A stretch of DNA of 20,000 bases, taken from the IMG/VR virus record IMGVR_UViG_3300007552_000001. One strand, given 5' to 3'. The translations under genes and the position numbers were made by a program. This document shows, piece after piece, positions 15,863 to 20,000 of the stretch. Each line of letters opens with the position of its first letter. Position 1 is the first letter of the stretch. The DNA comes from an uncultured virus (IMG/VR IMGVR_UViG_3300007552_000001). Taxonomy: Duplodnaviria > Heunggongvirae > Uroviricota > Caudoviricetes. The notes below the pieces were generated by a model. That model was not told where the DNA came from. It saw only the letters and a program-made list of their open reading frames with translations, and searched no databases.

Positions 15863-15936
15863 ACTCTTGTAGCTCAATCGGTTAGAGCAGGATCCTTATA
15901 CGGTCAAGGTTACGGGTTCAAGTCCCGTCGAGAGTA
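15863..15936 (+). tRNA. tRNA-Ile(UAU)
   Basis: Acceptor ACTCTTG/CGAGAGT, D-arm GCTC/GAGC, anticodon loop CT TAT AC (TAT 15897-15899), T-arm ACGGG-TTCAAGT-CCCGT, A73. Confidence 0.85.
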
Positions 15937-15945
15937 CACTTTAAT

Positions 15946-16188
15946 ATGAAAGAATTTAACAAAGAAGAAATTAACAGAATAATAGAAATGGCATGGGAAG
16001 ACAGAACCCCGTTTAGTGCTATAGAATTCCAATTTGGTATTAAAGAAAATGATGTTAGGAAAATAATGAGATCTAACATGAAAGAATCTTCCTTTAAGAT
16101 GTGGAGAAAAAGAGTTAAGGGTAGAAAAACCAAACACACCTTCTCTCCTTCTGATTTTAGATTTAAATCAAGCAACCAAAAAAAGTAA
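15946..16188 (+). CDS. TIGR03643/DUF2805 family protein
   Basis: RIIEMAWEDRTPF.AIEFQFG..E..V..IMR..MK.SSFKMWRKRV.GRKTKH signature. Confidence 0.85.
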   Translation: MKEFNKEEINRIIEMAWEDRTPFSAIEFQFGIKENDVRKIMRSNMKESSFKMWRKRVKGRKTKHTFSPSDFRFKSSNQKK

Positions 16189-16196
16189 ATCTAAGA

Positions 16197-16529
16197 ATGT
16201 ACAAGAAGGAAATAATGAAAATATGGAATCAGTTTAAACGATGGTTCATCTCTAAAGTCTTAAAAAAGAAAATAACATTTACAAGTGACGATTGGACGGG
16301 AGAAGTAGAAGTGTACTATTATAAAGGTGAAACTAGAATGACATGGTCTAGGGGAAATAACGCAATGCCAGATGGTGTTAGAAATAGAGCGTTTATCTTT
16401 TGCCATTCAGATACTGCACGCCATATACCTGAAGGATATTGCAAGTTCTTATACACTATAATAATACCAGAAGGATGGACAAACTCTGGAGAACAGTTTA
16501 CGGTAACTAGGTATATTAAACATTCTTAA
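16197..16529 (+). CDS. Hypothetical protein
   Basis: 110-aa ORF; start may be the second ATG (MKIWNQ). Confidence 0.7.
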   Translation: MYKKEIMKIWNQFKRWFISKVLKKKITFTSDDWTGEVEVYYYKGETRMTWSRGNNAMPDGVRNRAFIFCHSDTARHIPEGYCKFLYTIIIPEGWTNSGEQFTVTRYIKHS

Positions 16530-16543
16530 AATTTGGAGTATAA
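16516..16543 (+). promoter_or_regulatory. Putative class-2 promoter TTAAACA-N16-TATAA
   Basis: AAAC 16518-16521, TATAA 16539-16543; ATG at 16549. Confidence 0.5.
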
Positions 16544-16548
16544 ATACC

Positions 16549-16773
16549 ATGACAGGAACAGAATACATGGATTTATCCATAGAAAATACATTTAACGTAC
16601 TAACAGGAGCTCAAACCTTCGAAGAGATATTACTCAACGCAACAGAACCACCTATATTCTTTATAGAACCAGGTGAAGGCCTAGATAACGATCAAATAGA
16701 CGTAATGATAGAACATTATGAATATTTTGAACAGTATGAGAAGTGTGGTCTTCTACTTAAAATGAAATCTTAA
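16549..16773 (+). CDS. Hypothetical acidic protein with UVR-like C-terminal helix
   Basis: MIEHYEYFEQYEKCGLL tail. Confidence 0.7.
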   Translation: MTGTEYMDLSIENTFNVLTGAQTFEEILLNATEPPIFFIEPGEGLDNDQIDVMIEHYEYFEQYEKCGLLLKMKS

Positions 16774-16881
16774 TACTATATCATTCTACTCTTTTACGTA
16801 AAATGACTCTTATGGAGCTATTTATGAATATATAAGTTATATGAATGCACAACGCGTTCATTCTTAAAAATAGTGAAAGTC

Positions 16882-17160
16882 ATGAAAAAACTTATAAGTT
16901 GGATTAGCCAAATCTTACGAGACGAAAGAGGCAATCCATCATCAAAAAGAGTTGTTGGCGTACTAGCTGGTCTTAGTTTATGTGTTACATTAATAATGAA
17001 CCAATTTACTGATATAGCAATAGCGCCCTCAGACACACTAGTTAATGCAGTTGCTGCCCTTGCTTTCGGAGCCTTGGGTTTATCTTCAGCTGATAAGATT
17101 TGGGGTAAACTCCAAGGAAAAGAAGAAGCTAAAGAAGAAGCTAAAGAGGAAGAACTTTAA
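16882..17160 (+). CDS. Two-TM membrane protein, holin-like
   Basis: DERGNPSSKRVVG followed by two hydrophobic helices and a charged tail; ATG 16882 (GTG 16873 alternative); AATATATA at 16827-16834 upstream. Confidence 0.6.
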   Translation: MKKLISWISQILRDERGNPSSKRVVGVLAGLSLCVTLIMNQFTDIAIAPSDTLVNAVAALAFGALGLSSADKIWGKLQGKEEAKEEAKEEEL

Positions 17161-17193
17161 GAAAGAAGCGTAAGCGATTAGCATAATCTAAAT

Positions 17194-17220
17194 AAAAGGA
17201 CAGAGAAATCTGTCCTTTTT
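17194..17220 (+). terminator. Rho-independent terminator
   Basis: Stem AAAAGGACAGA/TCTGTCCTTTT with GAAA tetraloop. Confidence 0.88.
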
Positions 17221-17254
17221 ACGTTATATTCATTAAGATATAATTAATCGTATA

Positions 17255-17282
17255 TGAAACATTTATATCCCGATGAATATAA
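17255..17282 (+). promoter_or_regulatory. Putative class-2 promoter TGAAACA-N16-TATAA
   Basis: After the terminator; TGAAACA 17255-17261, TATAA 17278-17282. Confidence 0.6.
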
Positions 17283-17302
17283 TTAGTAACAAAACTAATA
17301 AG

Positions 17303-18094
17303 ATGATAGCACACGTATTCGACGTAGATGGGACACTAACCCCAAGCAGGCTTTCAATGGATCCTAAATTTAAAAAATACTTTTTAAAATGGATGAAAGG
17401 TAAAACTGTAATATTCGTAACAGGATCAGATAAAGATAAAACAATCGAACAAATAGGATTAGATGTATGGAATGAAGCAACTGCATGCATGCAGTCTTGT
17501 GGAAATCATATATTTGTTAAAGGAGAAGAGGTTTCTAGAAATTCTTGGAAAGCCGATGAAGGATTGATTTCTTTACTTGAACAATTTTTGGTAATTTCTA
17601 AATATAGAAAAAGAACTTCAAACCATATTGAACACAGAATAGGACTTTGTAATTTTTCAGTAATTGGAAGAGATTGTTCTCAAAGAGAAAGAGAAGATTA
17701 TGCAGAATGGGATGATTTCAATAAGGAACGATTAGATATGGCACAGCTTATTAATGAAAACTTCCCTGAATTAGAGGCTTCGGTCGGTGGTCAAATCTCA
17801 ATAGACATACACCCTAAAGGAGCAAACAAGAGTCAAGCTAAGAAATGGATCTTAGAAAATATAGGAGAAGATACGGTTATTAGATTCTATGGAGATAAAA
17901 CTGAAAAAGGAGGAAATGACTATGACCTTGCTAATGTTTTAAAATTACCCCATGAAGTATTTCAGGTTAAAGATTGGGAACATACTTATAGAATATTAAA
18001 GGACAGTAAGAAAAGAGATAAATGGCTCGTAGACCAATATAATAGAAATAGATCTTCAGCAGATCAGATTAATAACATTGATGACATAAAATAA
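17303..18094 (+). CDS. Phosphomannomutase, eukaryote-type (HAD IIB, PMM2/Sec53-like)
   Basis: FDVDGTLT, TGSD, IEHRIGLCNFSVIGRDCS, VGGQISIDI.PKG..K, FYGDKTEKGGNDY; start MIAHVFD preferred because the promoter overlaps ATG 17273. Confidence 0.88.
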   Translation: MIAHVFDVDGTLTPSRLSMDPKFKKYFLKWMKGKTVIFVTGSDKDKTIEQIGLDVWNEATACMQSCGNHIFVKGEEVSRNSWKADEGLISLLEQFLVISKYRKRTSNHIEHRIGLCNFSVIGRDCSQREREDYAEWDDFNKERLDMAQLINENFPELEASVGGQISIDIHPKGANKSQAKKWILENIGEDTVIRFYGDKTEKGGNDYDLANVLKLPHEVFQVKDWEHTYRILKDSKKRDKWLVDQYNRNRSSADQINNIDDIK

Positions 18095-18213
18095 TGGTTA
18101 TAAAAATAATATTAGGTGCATTTGTAATATCATGGGTTGGAATAATCTATTCAATGATAACCGCCCCTCTAGTTGATGAGAACGGCAATATCATTAAAGA
18201 AGAGGATAAATAG
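18094..18213 (+). CDS. Small single-TM protein (39 aa)
   Basis: MVIKIILGAFVISWVGIIYSMITAPLVDENGNIIKEEDK; TAATG coupling. Confidence 0.6.
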   Translation: MVIKIILGAFVISWVGIIYSMITAPLVDENGNIIKEEDK

Positions 18214-18216
18214 AAT

Positions 18217-18810
18217 ATGAAAGCACATACCTTTAAAACCCCTGAAAATCATGCAACTGATTTCTATTATTTTGATAATGGATTCGATTCAGTAGAATTA
18301 GAGAAAATATCTAAAATGGTAGGAGAACTTCCGTTTTATAATGCAACTACAGCTGCTGGTGAAATAGACTCAAGAAAATCTAAATTAAAATGGATTCCAC
18401 AAACTAAAGAGTGGGATTGGCTTTATGAAAAATTAATGATGTTTGCAGAAACAGCAAATAATGAAATGTGGAATTTTGATTTAATATCTGCACCTGAAAA
18501 TATACAATACACAGAATATCATGGAACTAATATGGGTGAATACGGATGGCATCAAGATATTGGACCAAATGAATTATCTGCTAGAAAAGTTTCTATAACA
18601 GTTCAATTGTCAGACGATACTGAATATGAAGGAGGAGAACTATTATTTTGGATGGGTGGAAACAGCCTTGAAAATAATAATTTAATAGCACCGAGAGGAA
18701 AGGGAACCGTTGTCCTATTTCCAAGTTATATGGTCCATGCAGTTAAGCCAGTAACTAAAGGAATAAGAAAGTCATTCGTCCTGTGGTTAGGAGGAGGACA
18801 TTATAAATAA
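18217..18810 (+). CDS. 2OG-Fe(II) oxygenase (prolyl hydroxylase-like/PKHD type)
   Basis: QYTEY, WHQD (HxD), RKVSITVQLS, YEGGEL, FPSYMVHAVKPVTKGIRKS. Confidence 0.92.
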   Translation: MKAHTFKTPENHATDFYYFDNGFDSVELEKISKMVGELPFYNATTAAGEIDSRKSKLKWIPQTKEWDWLYEKLMMFAETANNEMWNFDLISAPENIQYTEYHGTNMGEYGWHQDIGPNELSARKVSITVQLSDDTEYEGGELLFWMGGNSLENNNLIAPRGKGTVVLFPSYMVHAVKPVTKGIRKSFVLWLGGGHYK

Positions 18811-18814
18811 ACAA

Positions 18815-18919
18815 ATGACAGATCCAGAAGACGAATACGACGACATTGAAAATACCGAATATGATGGTATATCAATAAACAAACCCACTGAATATAACGA
18901 TGACGATTATGACTACTGA
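18815..18919 (+). CDS. Tiny highly acidic protein (34 aa)
   Basis: MTDPEDEYDDIENTEYDGISINKPTEYNDDDYDY; fills the gap exactly. Confidence 0.55.
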   Translation: MTDPEDEYDDIENTEYDGISINKPTEYNDDDYDY

Positions 18920-18920
18920 T

Positions 18921-19319
18921 ATGGAATTAATATCAACACATCCAGTAAAAAAATCAGACCTGGGTTTTCACGGAAATCTTTTTGGAGGTAAATTATTAGC
19001 ATGGGTAGATGCTGCTGGAGCTTCTTATGCTTCACAGGTATGTGATACTCCTCGAATGGTAACCGTTCTTATAGATGAATGTGTTTTTAAAAAACCAGCA
19101 AAGGAAGGACATCTACTAAAAATATATGGAGATGTAAAGAGCATAGGAAGAACGTCAGTCACTCTTTCTATTGAAGCAAGATCACATAATGTATATGACG
19201 GAAGACAAGCTATTATTCTAGCAACCAATATTAAATTTGTTAGAATAGATGAACAAGGAGAAGCTATTCCAGTAGGTCAAAAAGTTAAAGATAAATTTAA
19301 AAAATCAGAACAAAATTAA
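18921..19319 (+). CDS. Acyl-CoA thioesterase (HotDog fold, YciA-like)
   Basis: HGNLFGGKLLAWVDAAG, MVTV, F.KP, GRTSVT, FVRIDEQG; start MELIST at 18921. Confidence 0.9.
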   Translation: MELISTHPVKKSDLGFHGNLFGGKLLAWVDAAGASYASQVCDTPRMVTVLIDECVFKKPAKEGHLLKIYGDVKSIGRTSVTLSIEARSHNVYDGRQAIILATNIKFVRIDEQGEAIPVGQKVKDKFKKSEQN

Positions 19320-19361
19320 AGACACTCTGATATATACCCTAAACAAAATTATAACCAAAGA

Positions 19362-19850
19362 ATGAGAGCACTTATCGTAATTGCACAACCAAATATGAAT
19401 AGTTTCGAACAGACTACAATGTTAAGAACTATTGCAAGAGTATTTGACGTATTAGAAATAAAACATGAAGTATTAGATCTTTATGTAAACGGAAAAGTAG
19501 GTCCTGAGGCTAAGCCAAAAAACTTTAATTTAAGAGTTAAAAATGCAACACACGTGTATATCATCGCAAATTCTGCATGGTTACCTTTAGTTGATTTATT
19601 CTTAGAACCATTTGATTTTGAAGGAAAGCATATTGAAGCTATGATTTCTCATAACAGATCTAAAAGTATTTGGAGATGGTTAAGTTCAGAATCTAGATTA
19701 GCACAATCTGCGTTTGGTTCTTCTATTAAAAAATTATTTAAGATTAAGGCAAGTCACCTATGGGATGTAGATGAACTTACTAGACTTGAAAAGACAAATT
19801 ATATTAAACAGATTAGAGAAGAAATCTTAAATGATTTCGATGCAAAGTAA
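19362..19850 (+). CDS. Divergent flavodoxin-like (MdaB/KefF-related) protein
   Basis: LIVIAQPNMNSF...VLDLY...ATHVYIIA parallels 5648..6280 but lacks the P-x-W-W motif; GATATATA at 19329-19336 upstream. Confidence 0.55.
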   Translation: MRALIVIAQPNMNSFEQTTMLRTIARVFDVLEIKHEVLDLYVNGKVGPEAKPKNFNLRVKNATHVYIIANSAWLPLVDLFLEPFDFEGKHIEAMISHNRSKSIWRWLSSESRLAQSAFGSSIKKLFKIKASHLWDVDELTRLEKTNYIKQIREEILNDFDAK

Positions 19851-19870
19851 TCTATTTTATAGTATACCAG

Positions 19871-19898
19871 AAGGGAATAAAGCAATTTATTCCTTTTT
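19871..19898 (+). terminator. Rho-independent terminator
   Basis: Stem AAGGGAATAAA/TTTATTCCTTT with GCAA tetraloop, then T-run. Confidence 0.8.
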
Positions 19899-19920
19899 GG
19901 GGACTAAATTGAAAATAAAT

Positions 19921-19983
19921 TGAAAATAAACAGCTAAAAGTTTTTTTATCTCAGATTTTTTGCTTATATTAGTATAGTAATAA
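19921..19983 (+). promoter_or_regulatory. ~60-bp conserved repeat copy 6, putative early promoter
   Basis: TGAAAATAAACAGCTAAAAGTTTTTTTATCTCAGATTTTTTGCTTATATTAGTATAGTAATAA; directly after a terminator; downstream gene is outside the window. Confidence 0.8.
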
Positions 19984-20000
19984 TCAAACAAACAAAATAT

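Noticed and set aside
417..19228. Other short minus-strand ORFs in the track (e.g. 728, 4843, 8531, 12271, 15910, 19025)
   Set aside because: They lie antisense to well-supported + strand genes and have no motifs.
2171..19983. CRISPR array or integron attC sites from the ~60-bp repeats
   Set aside because: Copies are 1-6 kb apart with whole operons between them; no uniform spacers, cas or integrase genes, or attC-like long palindrome.
1..20000. Eukaryotic giant virus origin suggested by the NEIL1-like and PMM-like genes
   Set aside because: Sigma factor, PspC, T9SS CTD, intrinsic terminators, overlapping operonic genes and bacterial-type tRNAs indicate a bacteriophage.
1..20000. Stop-codon recoding
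   Set aside because: Recognisable enzymes are full-length under the standard code, and no suppressor tRNA is seen.

Overview
AT-rich, gene-dense segment with almost every gene on the + strand, most consistent with a large (probably jumbo) phage of a Bacteroidota/Flavobacteriia host. Support for this: many short hypothetical ORFs, six bacterial-type tRNAs (five without encoded CCA), a phage-type sigma-70/ECF factor, A-rich translation starts without Shine-Dalgarno motifs, a T9SS-type C-terminal sorting domain and Bacteroidota-like promoter elements. Cargo covers DNA repair and nucleotide enzymes (NEIL1-like glycosylase, PNKP-type 3'-phosphatase, guanylate kinase, 5'(3')-deoxyribonucleotidase, thermonuclease), nucleotide-sugar enzymes (RmlC, SDR epimerase, eukaryote-type PMM), redox and other auxiliary enzymes. 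Highlights: (1) a glycosylase whose motifs match animal NEIL1, including the zincless finger; (2) three recurrent upstream motifs that look like an early/middle/late promoter cascade (a ~60-bp repeat x6, AAAC-N17-TATAA x6, GATAWATA); (3) a tRNA-Ile with the rare UAU anticodon; (4) an unannotated structured ~114-nt element inside the tRNA cluster; (5) adjacent apparently catalytically dead nuclease and phosphoesterase genes; (6) a phage-encoded T9SS cargo protein. All protein calls come from motif recognition by eye; no searches were run.
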